DNA of 62,744 nucleotides, filler included, from Asterionella formosa (taxonomy: Eukaryota): the NCBI GenBank assembly GCA_002256025.1. It is 16 parts of 16 records of this genome, joined end to end, with 100 filler letters (N's around TTAATTAATTAA, not from the genome) between each part and the next. Parts side by side here need not be neighbours in the genome. Positions count along the whole stretch, not along the records: positions 23,614 to 27,442 come from NKIB01013884.1; positions 27,543 to 31,372 come from NKIB01013885.1; positions 31,473 to 35,298 come from NKIB01013886.1; positions 35,399 to 39,221 come from NKIB01013887.1; 12 more parts are not named here. One strand, 5' to 3'. The notes below the pieces were generated by a model. The model saw only the letters and a list, made by a program, of their open reading frames with translations. It was not told where the DNA came from and ran no database searches. Every line of letters begins with the position of its first letter. Position 1 is the first letter of the stretch. A program made the position numbers and the translations under genes. Below, in pieces: positions 25,400 through 39,221 of this stretch.

Positions 25400-26000
25400 G
25401 ATAATTTATTAGATGATGATTCTGAAAAATGTCAGAATATTAAGAAACGTGGACTACTTCCCAAGGATAAGAAGAAAAGAAATGCTGCAACTGCTCCCAA
25501 ATATATTAAGAAGCATGGCACATGCATACAACCTAGTAATTAATGTCTTATTTGATGAGAAAGATAGTCAAGATTTTTTGGATTTTGGGAATTGACCAGC
25601 TATGAGGGAGCTGGATGCAAGGAAATTTTCATATGAAGCAGTTTGGGACAAATTATTGAATACCGACATGGATATACTAGATGATGATACAATTGGATCC
25701 GTGACCTTCAAACACAACCAATTTGAATAACACGGAATTTATGATAACTATCCCCTCACTAGTATTTATAAGCTGGATAACAAACAATTGTCAGAGGTTT
25801 GGAGCTTCTTAGTGTACATTACAATATCTGTTTCAAACACAACAAGGTTCCTAGTCAAAATGACAACTTTTACTCGAAACCGGCCATATTGTTTGTACTA
25901 TCATTCATGGTGGCTCTCTACAGGTACCACATTTTCGGGTACATGCAGTGCCAAGTTTGAGGGATGGTGTTGCTAGTGAAAGACTTGAACATATCCCTGA
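25400..26000 (+). pseudogene. Probable Harbinger companion (ORF2) remnant
   Basis: LVINVLFDEKDSQDFLDFGN*PAMRELDARK...VWDKLL and RPYCLYYHSW resemble companion proteins I recall from stramenopile Harbingers; lies next to the transposase remnant. Confidence 0.4.
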
Positions 26001-26879
26001 GAGGATGAACTTGAAGTTGCCAATCTCCCTTTTCAACGAAAAATCAAGAACATGGCCATGAGTTTGAGAACCCTGCAAAACAACTTGTCAAAGCTTTGGT
26101 AGAATTTTCAAAATTAAATGAACGGTGTTCACATTTTATACTTGCCTCTCAAAGTGCAAATACAGAGGTAGCACGAGCAACTCTTGTTGTACAACGAGCG
26201 ACGAAAGTAATTGATGTTGTAAGTATGTATCACGAAAAGTTAAAGGAAGCAAGCAAGGAAGTGTCACGAAAATTTGGTGGTAAAGAGTTTCAAGAGAATG
26301 TCAGTTTTGTTGCATTTTTGAAGCCATGGAATGCACTGACAAAGAATTCTGTAGCTCTCAAACAAACAGCTGAGAATATTCCACGATATTGGGGGCTAAA
26401 TGTTTCATACTTATATGACTGCCAACATATTTACCGCAACTTGCTGGTGGTACCGACATATTTCCAAATATCATACATATCACCTGTACCGGTACTATGG
26501 CTACATAGGATATATGCTCAGGGTACCAAAGGTAGCCCATGTAGAAGCTAGTATATCATTATTTAGCTTAGATGTTGTGATTTGTTTCTATATATAAAAC
26601 ACTACAGTCTAGTTTTTGTGAGCGGCTGGAGAATCATTCCATCTCCGCCTTGACCTTGACGAAAATAATGAATATCTCCGTGGAAAATGAGAACGATGCT
26701 ATGTTTTTTTGGTACATACTAGTATATTATGCATGATATAAACAATACAATCGTAGAAGAAACTTGTGACATCACTAATACTAATGACAACGAAAAGTCG
26801 CCAAAAGCGCATTGCTTTACAGACTAGTAGCTTAGACGATGCACAATTCAAAACGACGAAGTTGCAATGGCTAAGATTT

Positions 26880-27365
26880 AACACTTTCACAGTATGCAAC
26901 ATGCTAGAATACGTTAATCAGTGGGTCAAACCAAATTTTGTTTGATTCGCTACTTAACAAGGTCAAAAATTGTCCATTGACATTTTCAAAATGACTCTTT
27001 TGTGTACAAGAACTGATCCAGTTGGTGACTAATACATATGACTAGAAATTTGCTGACAACAACTAGAAATTGCTGACTATGAATGGAAGTTACTGAGCGA
27101 TTTGTGAACTGTATAACCAAACCGTCTTCCAGTTTCTGAATACCTTAACCAGTAGAACAAGTCGGTGAACACGGTTTCGACAATGATAAACACGACTTGG
27201 ATTTAATGAATGATAGTTTAACTGCATAGAAAGTTACTTAAGAGAGTTTGGAATGGAAAGCCAGCCTAACCCTTCTTTCTGGTAGGCATGGTGGGACGAA
27301 TCATTTGGGAGTGAATCGAAACTGACAAGTGCGCATAAAACGTGCACTACCGGACCGTCCAGGTA
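26880..27365. repeat. Repeat sharing the flanking sequences of the Crypton element
   Basis: 26920-27085 is the reverse complement of 55790-55950; 27278-27362 matches 58183-58263; carries ACTAGAAATT(T)GCTGAC units. Confidence 0.7.
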
Positions 27366-27542
27366 CCAGAACCTGGTACCAGGTACCCCTTCCTGGTACC
27401 AGGGTTGTAATGTAACAGGCAGAAACAGCGTTATGTTAAATGNNNNNNNNNNNNNNNNNNNNNNNNNNNNNNNNNNNNNNNNNNNNTTAATTAATTAANN
27501 NNNNNNNNNNNNNNNNNNNNNNNNNNNNNNNNNNNNNNNNNN

Positions 27543-28188
27543 GGGTCAGTTTCAGACCATCCATTGCTCCCCAACAATTTGTTATAAGTGGGTATTTCTG
27601 CTTGATCATGGTTGCAAACAAGGTGGCTTCGTCTGCAGTAGGCAGTCTCACAATGGCATCTTCATGTGTCAGCAGTACTTTTACAATCATTCGCCTTGAA
27701 AACCTCAACCAAACACTCAAAGAACCATGAGTTAATCCGAAAATAATCTGAAGAATCATATAGGAACCACGAGTCCTGGTCCATGCTAACCCAAGCGCTA
27801 GACAACTGATGGAACAGAGGTATCTTTGCCGACCTTTCTTTGTTGTTGAATTTCTAACAATGAAATCCGTATTTTTCCTACAGGGAGTGAAGGAATAAAA
27901 ACAAGGTTTGAACAGCTGGTGTAGGAGCTCGAAAGAAGCATGGTCAAACCCACACAAGGTAATCAGAGCATCATCATGCTTGCTGTTGAACAAAGTCCAG
28001 AATGGACTCGATAATGGATGCTGTAGTGCGTGGCGACGGATTTTGCCACTTCTTCTTCTGACCTCATCAACAGTCAAACTTTCCCTGAACGATGGCGTCC
28101 TATTTACTGGTGGATAGCACATTGCTAACAGTAGCAATGTGATCATAATGTCATCATCATCATCAGGAGATGGGATGAAAGTCGACAT
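27543..28188 (-). mobile_element. PIF/Harbinger (HARBI1-like DDE_Tnp_4) transposase, N-terminal part, 3'-truncated
   Basis: Open ORF with LCGFDHASF, HTH-like LALGLAWTRTRGSYMILQIIFGL, and YPLITNCWGAMDGLKL containing the first catalytic Asp. Confidence 0.88.
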
Positions 28189-28512
28189 TGTCAGTGACCG
28201 ACGATGATGAATATATAGAACTCATGCGTATAATGAACAAGAGGCGGCATGGCATACAAGAGGATGCATCGATATGAAAATTTAACTGTTGAAAATTAAA
28301 GTTAAAAAAATATATAATGTCAGAGAAGTAATCTAAAATATCTCTAATATCAGAGCGCAAGGGCGATATTATGTAGCAGATCACCAGAATAATTTGTGTT
28401 ATAATACACACATGATATAATAATTTTTTATTATCAGAGCGCGCCCAATAACAATATATCATATATATACACAGAGTACCAGTAGCAGGTAGTAAGTGAT
28501 ATACTGGGGTTA

Positions 28513-28663
28513 GTCGGAGTAGTAAACTAGCAACAGAACACCATATGTTCAGGACTGTTGCTACTGCAGTGGGACAGTAAATCATCATAGTCCAATAGTC
28601 GGAGTAATAAGCAAGCAACAGAACACCATATGTCTATGACTGCTGCTACTGCAGCGGGACAAT
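28513..28663 (+). repeat. Two-copy tandem repeat (about 85 bp) upstream of the Plavaka ORF1
   Basis: GTCGGAGTA...AGCAACAGAACACCATATGT...GACTG(T/C)TGCTACTGCAG(T/C)GGGACA occurs twice. Confidence 0.8.
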
Positions 28664-28891
28664 GCTATTACTCAAACTCGGTTCTGATTTTGTATATGAT
28701 AATGTAAATAGCACTGTTGGTCTTATGGTATCATCATATGTAGACAGCGTAAAATATTATTTGTAGTGGCTGATGATTCATTTCATTGTAACTAGCAACA
28801 CCTGAATTTAAGATCATCGAACAACTTTAAGGAAGACAACGACAACAGTTATCTAGTAGTACAATGTCTTCAAGAAATCATAAAGAGGTTC

Positions 28892-29976
28892 ATGGAAACA
28901 AGCGAGCGACATATGGCAAATACTGCCGGTATGGAACAAAGAAGCAAGTTCCAAAATGAGTTTCCAAAGAAAAAGCGAATAGGCGATTATCCAAAGCAAC
29001 ACAATCGGCGATTGGGAGACGTTGGGGGTAATACCCCATCGTCGATGGGGACACCATCAGCTACTAGTACAAAGGATCCCGTAGTTGATACTGACAGCGA
29101 TGATGACGTTTCTACTTCAGTTATTGACACAAGAAAAATGGCTCCTGTCAATGAAACCATTAATAACTCCCAGATGCAGATGGATGACATGGAACCATAT
29201 CATATATTTTCTAATTGCACAGACCAACAAGTACATGACAATCTAAGGGAAAAATATTTTGCACTTGCCAAAGGATATTATCAATTGATCAATGAACTCA
29301 ATCACTACAAAGGTCGTAATTCGGTTCAAAACTCGTCCATACGAGGTTATCAAGACTCTTCAATTTCAGCGGCCTTATCAGAACGTTGTTCTAGCTTAGC
29401 TAAAATTGAAACATCAATTGTCACAAAGGTTGTGAGTTTTATTTTCAAGACCAAGAAGTTTTGCTGTGAACATGTAAGTTTGATGTTATTGCTCGTGAAT
29501 TGCAGGTACTATAAAACAGAATATCAATCTTATGTGCTTTTTTCTGGTCCCAAAAGAGAATCAAACATCCCGCCATGCCTATCTGGTCCAAGTAGTATGA
29601 AAGGCATTTCCAATCACAAACAGGATTGGTTTGCCGAATCTTGCCTAACTCGGCTAAACAAGAAAGTTCAGTTTCAAATGGTCTCACTGATCAATGGACT
29701 GATGATGTTGATTTACTCGTTTATTATAAGGAAATCTACACTGGACATTCACAAAATAATCGATCTGAATATGGAAGGAATCCTAGTGGAATTGCTACTC
29801 CCACCACAAATATCATCAACCCACACTCATACTTCTCATTTCCCAATGTAAGTAAAGAGGATATGCATCAATTTGTTGAATCACTTCAACCAAATGTTCC
29901 TGAGAAGAATATTGATTATAATGACCGCATTAATCAACGGGACATTGATGACGATGTTGATTTTGAATTGATCTAA
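28892..29976 (+). CDS. Companion ORF of the Plavaka-like element, probably spliced (intron 29474-29595)
   Basis: Donor CAT|GTAAGT and acceptor TAG|TAT join ORF 28892 in phase to the 29626 frame (FCCEH-YERHFQSQTGLVCRILP). The 3' end is also present in the other element copy (7580-7775). Confidence 0.55.
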
Positions 29977-30272
29977 TAGAATCCAATGCATACTTAGTAG
30001 TTAGATAATAATTATAGTAAGTGTGAGACTTCTACAAATGCAAGCCATGTCATAGATGATAGGAAAACATTGATTCTGCTCTATACTACTATTACTATTA
30101 GTGCCGCCTGTACTATATGTAGCGGTATACCTCCATTTTTACTACTATGGTGGTGTGATAATTTCACGACTCTGTATTTTCCAGCACAGCATGTCCGAAG
30201 TGGCGCTCAATTTATTATTATATATTAATTCATTTTCATTCCATCCTTTTCATGTCCTGACTTGGTCACCAT

Positions 30273-31372
30273 TTGAAATTTGCAATGTCTTTGCGCACAT
30301 TGCAATGGTGTTATCTGTGTAACTACAAATTTCGGAAGAACAAATCCCCATCTGAGTCTCACAATCGAAATTGTAGCAACCGTGTTTTTTATGCATATGG
30401 TCACTGTCGACATTGCATGCAAGAACATCGAGTTCCTGGAATACATAGTGAAACTATGTATTGCGGTAGTGCATCGAATCATTCAAGGAAAGAAGTTAAT
30501 GATGGCATTGTAACTGCTGCAGCATTTAGGGAGATTAGACAAGAAGAGATTATGTGTCCTATCCTTGAATCAAGTGACCACAATCATCCACTTCATGACG
30601 ACAGCGACGATTCAGTTTATAACAATATTCAGTCACAACAGGACGAACAATTGAGACTAAAACCTCCTCTCCAAGGGTTGAATTCAGAAACCATGCAATA
30701 TTCAGATTTTCAAGATCGCACCGGCTTTCTCCCTGAAAATGCAATGGAAATGCCCCTTCCTCCTCAATTTCAACTTCCAAGTAAACATTCTCTGAACATG
30801 CATCCAATCAAATTAGAACTCATGTTATTCCTCAACGAGAATTATCTTCCACCACCAGTTTACTTTGATCATCTAATGAAATGGCTATTCAAGGCAAAAG
30901 CAATGAAATATTTTGATGGAAGGTATCAAGCTCCATCCTACCAGACTTTGAAAAAACGCATGGATATTTCATTTCCACCAACATAAGCTGGTGTTCAACT
31001 GTTGACCAAACAAATAAAGATTGATAACAATTCAAATATGATCATCCCACGCACACTCCATTATTTCGAACCAGTACAGCTCATGGCAGGATTGCTATGT
31101 GATTCCGATATCATGCAACATTTTGTATGTCACCCACAAGTGAAACTTACAACTTGTGGAGAACGCATATATGACGAAGTAACTTCTGCGACTTGGTTTG
31201 AAAATGCATTCAACAATTCTCCTGCATCAGAAAATGGAGTGTTGAAGACAGGGTGTTTATTTGTTGCCCTAGCAGTTTTCAGTGATGGTTCACCTATTGA
31301 TAAACAAATGAAACATTCCGAGCATCCGTTTTTGCTGACAATGTTAAACTTAACGTTAGAAGGAAGAAAAAA
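30273..31372 (+). mobile_element. Plavaka-like transposase, N-terminal part (one in-frame stop at 30984; 3'-truncated)
   Basis: RIYDEVTSATWF...LFVALAVFSDGSPIDKQMKHSEHPFLLTMLNLTLEGRK follows the Plavaka (PF18759) pattern. ORFs 30273 and 31002 share a frame. Confidence 0.75.
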
Positions 31373-31487
31373 NNNNNNNNNNNNNNNNNNNNNNNNNNNN
31401 NNNNNNNNNNNNNNNNTTAATTAATTAANNNNNNNNNNNNNNNNNNNNNNNNNNNNNNNNNNNNNNNNNNNNATTAGTAAAATATAT

Positions 31488-33159
31488 TCATGAGTATTTA
31501 TGTTGCCTAATTAGTTCCTGAACATCAGAGCTGTGCTTAGAAAAGCAAGCACCACAACACCAAATGTTCTGTAGATTTCGAAAACCATCACAGCAAATGA
31601 AGCAGACAAAATTGTTGCAATCAATGCAAAGGTGTTCAATGTTCATGACTTTGCAGTCAGTGCAAATGCCTCCAACAAGTCCTGGTGGGCCTTGATCTTT
31701 ATCTTGCTCATCATTACAAACAAAAGAGGGAATTTGGGTAGTATTTGTTGGAGTGAGCTCATTTCCAAAGACACTTGTTGCACTGACAACACTTTTGTCA
31801 GTCAAAACACTTGTGCTCTCAACATCATAAGTTTTTAGGGAAGGTAGATTATCGAAACAATTCAAAACAGCTGCATGATATCTGTCTTCAGGAAGTATGT
31901 GCTTGAATCACTCATATAGGTCAAGATGAGCAACAATCTCATCAGTTTTTCCCTTTCAATTTTGCGCTGCTTGAAAATTGAGCATCAACATATCCATCAT
32001 GGTTGGGGTTTTCTGTTTGCTTGGTGATGAATATTCATTATGATGATGATTTTGTTTGCTGCTCCTTCCATGCTCCTTATTCCTCTTCTCTTCGCGATCT
32101 GCCAGCAGCATCTCTCGTCGACTTATATTTACAACATCACTGTCTTTCACATCTGGAACCAATTGCATATTCTTCCGAAAAATCTTTAAAGTAAGAAAAT
32201 GGCACAAAGTTGGATCCCGTATTCCCAATTATTGGGTGGGCTTGGAACAACCATGATTTCGAGTCTGCTGGTTGATTGACCAGGTAGATCAACTCCATCA
32301 ATCATGATTTGACACATTGGATTCTTCTTTTGGAAACTTTGCTTGTAAATATTGCAGACAAATTTGAAATATGCATCCTTCAAACCTTGTCCACTTGGAA
32401 GTTTGTGCAAATCCTGGGCGATGTTTGAACTAGAAATGATACTGTTGCAAAGTTTGTTTTTAAATCTCCTGCCACTTTCTCCATAAGGTATCGCCAGTCA
32501 TGCTCGATTTATCCTTGGACCCCCATGCATATTGCAGTTGAGGTTTTATGGTGGTATCACACATATCATCCTCAAGGTCTTCATCCAGAATTCGAAAATA
32601 CGCTTCAGCCATATCTCGAAATTTCTTCTCCTCCCTAGATGCAAAAATGTGTTGAAGTTACAACTAGCAGCAAATATTATGGCAATCTGCACACTTCGAA
32701 GCATGTGCACTTGAATGGGGCCGCCTATCCAATATCGAATATGGTCGCAAAAGGAATGCTCCTCCTCAGTTGAGTATTCTGTTGGTCCTTCAGTCGCCAT
32801 TGTGATAATAGAGAGATACTGGTGGTGGGAGCAGAGGAGAAAGGAGATAGGCCGATGTGAAGGCCGATCACCTTAAAACAACAACAGCAATGAGGATGAT
32901 GGAGCATTGAGTGTTTTTATGATTTTCATTATAATTAATTACTATAATATTCCTGCGGACGAGACTACTAATTTTCATGTAGGACATAAATTTCAATTCT
33001 CGAGATCGGTCATTTGACATATGGATTGACTTACTGTTTAATCTTTGGGACTGTAAGGTGGCCATAAAAATTTTTCCGAATACGAAGATCGAAGATTTTG
33101 CCGCGATAGCTTCGCAATATTCGGTCTTCGTATTTCGTGCACCGTAAGTTTCAGCCTAA
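31488..33159 (-). mobile_element. Harbinger-like element end with a decayed gene ending in a Cys-rich zinc-finger-like domain
   Basis: Minus strand TTA|GGCTGAAACTTACGGTGCACGAAATACGAAGA at 33159; broken ORFs 32800 to 31488; C-terminal CTDC..HLCIDCNNFVCFICC..WCCGACF. Confidence 0.5.
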
Positions 33160-34419
33160 CTACCGGTATTGTCTGTCACCTCATGTGATTCATGTCTCAT
33201 CTTGAAAGTGGTTACCAGTTAATGTCATTCTTACGAACATTACCACATCAGGTGTATAATTTCGAAAATGTCGTCATTGCATACGGGCTACTTATTTTTA
33301 TGTTTGTTCTTAATCATATTTTATTAGCCTATGTGCCAACCACCTTTTTACTCAAATTCATCGGCATCAATCATACTTGACAAATGGCGGACGACATTGA
33401 TGAAGTACCCAATAATGGTCCATTCAGAGGTTGAGGTTGTATTCTAGAAAAATGCTACTGCTCTAGTGGCTACTGTACCTCGACTCTTTGCTGCTATTGG
33501 GCATAGTATCCTCAGCCATTTGCTGTGCATGTAATTTATTAAGGGAACAAAGTGCACACTCTGTTCAAGGCAATCAAAAAGACCAAGAAAATAAATCAGG
33601 TCAACAAACAAAATGCAAGGCAAGGGTAACAACTGCTCAGGTGGGGGTAGATATGAAGGCAACTTTAAAACTATAGTGGTTCGATTTTCCGATGCCTTGT
33701 GTGGTGGTGCTTGCGTCTGCAAATTAAAACTATCATATTTCCATGATGCATCATAGGATTGTGATCATCTGATCATAATTTTTCGTTATATCATCTTATA
33801 ATTTTGATAATTGCCCTTGTAATTTAAATAGTAACCTTTTTGACTACATATATTTAATTTTTGTATTTATTGTTTCTATTAGATTCCTGTATTCGAATTT
33901 CTTGGTAGGATAATGTACCAGCTAAAGTAATGTAATTTGGCTCGTCATTTCCATCCGTCATCACTCTGATTTTTGCAACAACAACGAAACATTAGCAATG
34001 ATGACAAGTGGAATGATTGTTTGCGATAACGTCTTCAATTTTTGATCATTATATCTTTGAGTAATCGTCATATGCAGTGATCCTTTGTTCATAATCATTC
34101 AATTAAGAGTTTACAGAGAAGAAATCATTCGAACTCGTAATGGTTCCGCACACAGCGCACATTGTAAATCCGTTTATCCGTTTCGTCGACCACCAGCATT
34201 ACAATCTCGCCAATCAACCCGTAAACAAACACATTCGACTTGTTCTCGTTGACATTTTCAATTCGCACATGATACTACATCTACTATTGAGATTCAGCAT
34301 AGAAGGAGATACGAAAATGTGCGTAACAGACTACTGTCCACATAGCTATACTAGTTATAGAATGATTCTGATTACAATTTCTTTTTCATGTCGCTCGCTT
34401 CTGCATTTGGCATGCTGTA

Positions 34420-34880
34420 CTTGTATTTACTATTGAACTTGTCCGCATATTTGATACCATCAAGAGAGCGAAAGCAAGTGGCCCTCTTCATTGTTGTTTG
34501 CTCGTAGGAAATATTTGATATCCATATCGTCATTTGCTTGTTGGAACTGTCCATTGCCTCATACCTGCTTGGCGTGTGCGTACACACTTTGTCGACTTGT
34601 TTTCATTGGTTTGTTGTTCTTGTATTCACTGTTGAACTTTTCCGCATCTTTGTTACCATCAATAGAGCGACAAGTGGGTCTCTTCATTGTTGTTTGCTCC
34701 TGGAAAAGTCGGTGTCCGTGTCATCCTCATCAATAGAGGGACAAGTGTCCTTCATCATTGCGGTTTGCCACTGGAAAAATTGGTACACGTGGTATTGTCA
34801 TTCGCTCGTTGGAACCACTGTCCGTTGCCTCAAACCTGATTAGCGTGTGTGCATGTGCACTATCGACTTGTGTGCATTAC
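34420..34880. repeat. Degenerate tandem repeat, period about 200 bp
   Basis: TTGAACTT.TCCGCAT.TTTG.TACCATCAA.AGAGCG...CTCTTCATTGTTGTTTGCTC recurs at 34432 and 34631, with a partial third unit. Confidence 0.75.
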
Positions 34881-36689
34881 AGGAGTGACTTAGCTACTAA
34901 AGTGCGCGTTATAATATCATTCTCCGTAGTACGATGCAGAATACTACAGTTCCCAATCATCTCATCATGATTGATAAGATGATACTGTGATATCACGATA
35001 GGGTAACATCGATGCATACATCACCAAAGTATGGTATGAAATATTGAATAAAGTATATCACATAGCTATGATGCATTGATCATAGAACTATGATGATTTC
35101 TTAAAATGTTAATGATATAATTTTGATCAAAATATGATTATATTAAAATAATACAATGACAATAAAATACGATAAAATATGTGCGCAAGTGTTATCGATA
35201 CATCACAGAAAATAAATAAATCATAATTATGTTACGTAATATATAAATTCGACTTTTAATGTATACAGTAAAAGCCAACAGTTAACATGATAGTATTANN
35301 NNNNNNNNNNNNNNNNNNNNNNNNNNNNNNNNNNNNNNNNNNTTAATTAATTAANNNNNNNNNNNNNNNNNNNNNNNNNNNNNNNNNNNNNNNNNNNNCA
35401 AAGGTAGCCAAAAAATCACAATAGTTAACTTTAGTATTATCGGCTTGAGACATCATCACAACTGCATAGATACGGATAAGCTAGTGCACAGTTGCTGTGC
35501 GTAAAAAAGAATGAAGGCCGTATTTTAAATTGAATTTAAACAGGATTTATCTGAAAATTTGTGATAAAAAATTCTCTTTTGATAAATGTAGATTCTTTTC
35601 AAAAGTGTTCAAGGGACAGTCAGTCAGTATCACAATGACTGATCTTTTATTAGGAAATTTGTAGATAAACGACAAGTCATCAAGCAAGCAGACTGTGTTT
35701 CATGGTGCAATTTATCTTGGTTTAAATGAATATCACCAAAAACAGCAATCGAAACAACATAATGATGATGGATTTTACTATGTTTGTTGATGTGAGAAAT
35801 TACTTAAAGTATCTGGTATGTGTGGTGGCACCGTCAGGGAACAAGAAGCAGGACAACGCTTTGGAAGTTGGATGAGCCAGCTAATTACCGAAAAAAGGGA
35901 TGAGATTTCTGATTTGTTAACAAAAAAAGGATCATCTTTATCAGCAAAATCAAGATTCAAAATCTTGACTTCAATAAAGAAATATTTGACTTTTTTCCGG
36001 GTTGATTCACCAGAAAAAAAATGCTCAGATACTTTTGGATGTCAGAATCTTTAATCAGAAATTGTCAGTTTGGAACCTTTAGATGGCTCATTGTATGATG
36101 GCATTTAAAAAACTGGTTCAACTAGCTGCCAGTAATCAGTACTAGTAGGTAGTCACACAACTGTCCCGGCCATTGTGCTAATTGCTAGTCTCATTTCTTA
36201 TTCCTATAAAGTACCTAGACTACACTATACCCTGACAAGGTTTTTAGTTGATCCAAGGGCGACCCCCAGCCAAATTTCACAGCCAAGACTCAATTTGACT
36301 CCACTTACTTCCAAAGCGACGACTAGACACCAGCCTGACACTCCAAGCGATGTACTAGTAAAACTCCTTTATAGCAATCCTATTGTATTCTCTAAATTAA
36401 AGATTTAGAACATAATGCTGATAGTTTTCACTCCTTATTCGATTTGATGCATCAATGATCACTGCTTGATCAGGGGAGGCAGGGTCACACAAAACCGTGT
36501 GGGGAGGAATCCCCCTTTGTGTGGTAGCCCAATAACTACCTTCAGGTTGAGTAATTCCCCTTCGTGTGATAGTCCAATAACTATCTCCAGGTTGATACAT
36601 CGCCATTATGGACGTACTGCATATATACAGGCATTGTGATGTGGGTAGCAGGAGTTGTATAGCAAATGCGATGCTGCAGGAGCATAATA

Positions 36690-37550
36690 AACCTTCACAG
36701 ATCCATGCACCAAGGGGTAGTGACGCACCATGTGGGTACAGGGAGCTAGTCCTCAGCAGCAATGAACCACCTGACCCTTTATGGAACAGGTCGAAAGTTG
36801 AGCATATTTGCGCACCTCGTCATTTCCAGACTAGTAGTCCAGCAGGACAGCAATTCCAAAAGAAATGAACACAATCAATAGGTCCAATGCAAGCAGGGAA
36901 TCCAAGAGTGCGATATTAGTCTTGAATATGTTTAATGGAATCAACTGATTCAGGAAACACAATCCATTTGTTCTGTTTCAAGGTCATCTACTAAACAAAT
37001 CCATGAAAGAAAATCCTTTTTTTAATGCTGATTCCAGTGAGTTCCTCAAGTGAATCAAAAGGTTCATCCCTACAAGCTAGAACTCGCATTGTAGCGAAGT
37101 CAAGGATGCAACAATGATCACATGGCTCTTGTCTCTTATTGTCATTCTTAAGCCTGGTATCAGCTTCACTTGAATTATTCCCTGCAGAGCCCTGCAGAGG
37201 CAATTGAAAACTTTGAAGGGGACCCAAAATCTGTCCCTGAAAACAGCGCTAAGCCTTTAAAGTGGGTTTCATATGCTAACCGTCATAGGTGTACTGTTGG
37301 TGCATTCTTCGGCCTTGAAAATGTATTAAGAGTAGAAATGTGACCTCTTTGATGGTTCAGGACCAAACTTAAGCCTTGCCCTCCTCTTTTGAACATCCTT
37401 CAGTGCTGATGTTTCTTCATGTTCTGAGCGATCCTCAGCAATCAAGTCCATCGCCTCAATGACTACAACATTGTAGACAGTATCTTACCAAGGATCATCA
37501 GTAGAATCCCTCTGGGAAGACAGCAAGGAGGACAAGGAGGCCATAGTGGA
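36690..37550 (-). pseudogene. PIF/Harbinger (Plant_tran-like) transposase remnant
   Basis: Manual translation: FRDRFWVPFKVF, MRVLA...FDSLEELTGIS...FFHGFV, YRTLGFPACIGPIDCVHFFWNCCPA. Boundaries approximate. Confidence 0.78.
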
Positions 37551-38289
37551 TGAGTGACCGATTGTTGATTGCAATTGTACTGGTTTTTATATGTTGATGA
37601 AGATACAGTTGTTGATCAAGTAGGTCTCCCTTTTTGCTACCTTCTAGATTACATTTATAATATAATTCTTCATGATTTTTAAAAATGATGACACATTCCT
37701 ATTGTGCGATGCTTTGCAAAAGGTTTAGTCAATCACATCGAAGCCACTGGGAACTTGAATCAAACACCACAATGAAATTGCTGAGTTCGGGGTGTTTTCA
37801 AGCCTAGAATGACTTTCTTCATACACCAAACAACTCAAAGGGATTCCTTCCGGAGGCAAATCAATTGATTCTTCAACAATTCAACCTTGATCAACACAAG
37901 TTAGCAATGAAACTCCGATTGATAGCAGGTATGATCCCATCTTTTCTTCCTTTGCCCATACTCTTTCATAAAACATGCATGATGCTCCAAAATTTTAATC
38001 CCTCAGCTTCTTGTATCCTGCAACAGAAGTACCTGGGCTTAGTACATTCTGCGAGTTTGCTCATTTGTCCAGCTGGTTAATTTATGATGGATTTTGTACA
38101 AAATACCATGTCCTGTGTGGTGGATATATCATTGTTTTTCTGCATGTCATTGATTCTTATAATGATAGAGAACATTTACATAATGGGTTGTTGTATTTTG
38201 ATACACCTATCAAGGATTATGTTTACACATGGAACATTATAGCTGCAAACTATACAGAAACGGAAAGCTGCTGTTATGGCTGAAATAAA

Positions 38290-39221
38290 TGCATTTAAGC
38301 AACCACAAGTCATCAAGCACAATTCCAAAGGAAATGGTATGTTGAAGAAACTGACTCATTGGGATATCGATAAACTCCAACCGACCTCAAATGTTGGTCT
38401 TCAAAATTAAAAAAAGATTTAAATGGAACTGGTCCATTTGTCTGGTTACCTATGCATACATCAACAAGCTTTTGAATCAATGAAAGCATTGTTAGTGGCA
38501 GATGCACTCATGTGTTATCCTGATCGTAATTATCCTTTCCATATTTTGCTGATGTTTCTGATTTTCAATTAAGAAACTTTTAAAGAATTCCGCTCTATGT
38601 CATTGAATGCGGTTCTACATGTTCATACGACTGAGCATCGTATTTTTATTTATAATACCCTACACAGACACTCAACATCTTCTCTGGTGGAGGCTTTATC
38701 TTGAAAAATATCTTCTTCTTACTTTTCACGATGTGAAGGGTAATGATAATGCTAACTATTACAGAGTCTATCTCTCGCCTCCCGAGGCTTTGGTGGGGGA
38801 TGATATTGGCCCGAAATCTCCAGCATCAACATCCACTTCTACCTTTTCAATTGAATTAGATGATAAACCTTTGCTTACCTGTTTACTCAATCATCCAATC
38901 TTGGCATGCAATATTCAATATCATCTGGATTATAAATCAATACATGATAGACAATTGCTGGATATACAATTGATTCTCAATCAAACAACACCTCTCATTC
39001 TCAATCAACAAACACATCCGTTAAAATTTCCCTCTATCAATTTTCATGATAAATATTTAAAATGTTTTGTGAAGAATCCAGGAGATACTTGACGTATTGC
39101 TATTCCTACATCACTATTGGATCCTATTATTAATTGGCATCATCAGATGTTAGCTCATGTGGGTATGACAAGATTAAATGGTACAATTTCTACACATTTT
39201 TTATTACCCTCCATTAAAAGC
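38290..39221 (+). mobile_element. Ty3/Gypsy pol remnant (end of RT, RNase H, integrase zinc-binding region)
   Basis: ETDSLGY, QQAFESMKALLVADALMCYPD, DVSDFQL, WRLYLEKY...VKGNDN, RIAIP...WHHQMLAHVG in Gypsy domain order; many lesions. Confidence 0.85.

Noticed and set aside
28431..28449. GGGCGCGCTCTGATAA as the TIR of the 27543-28188 Harbinger
   Set aside because: Position is plausible, but there is no TAA/TTA flank and no partner end in the window.
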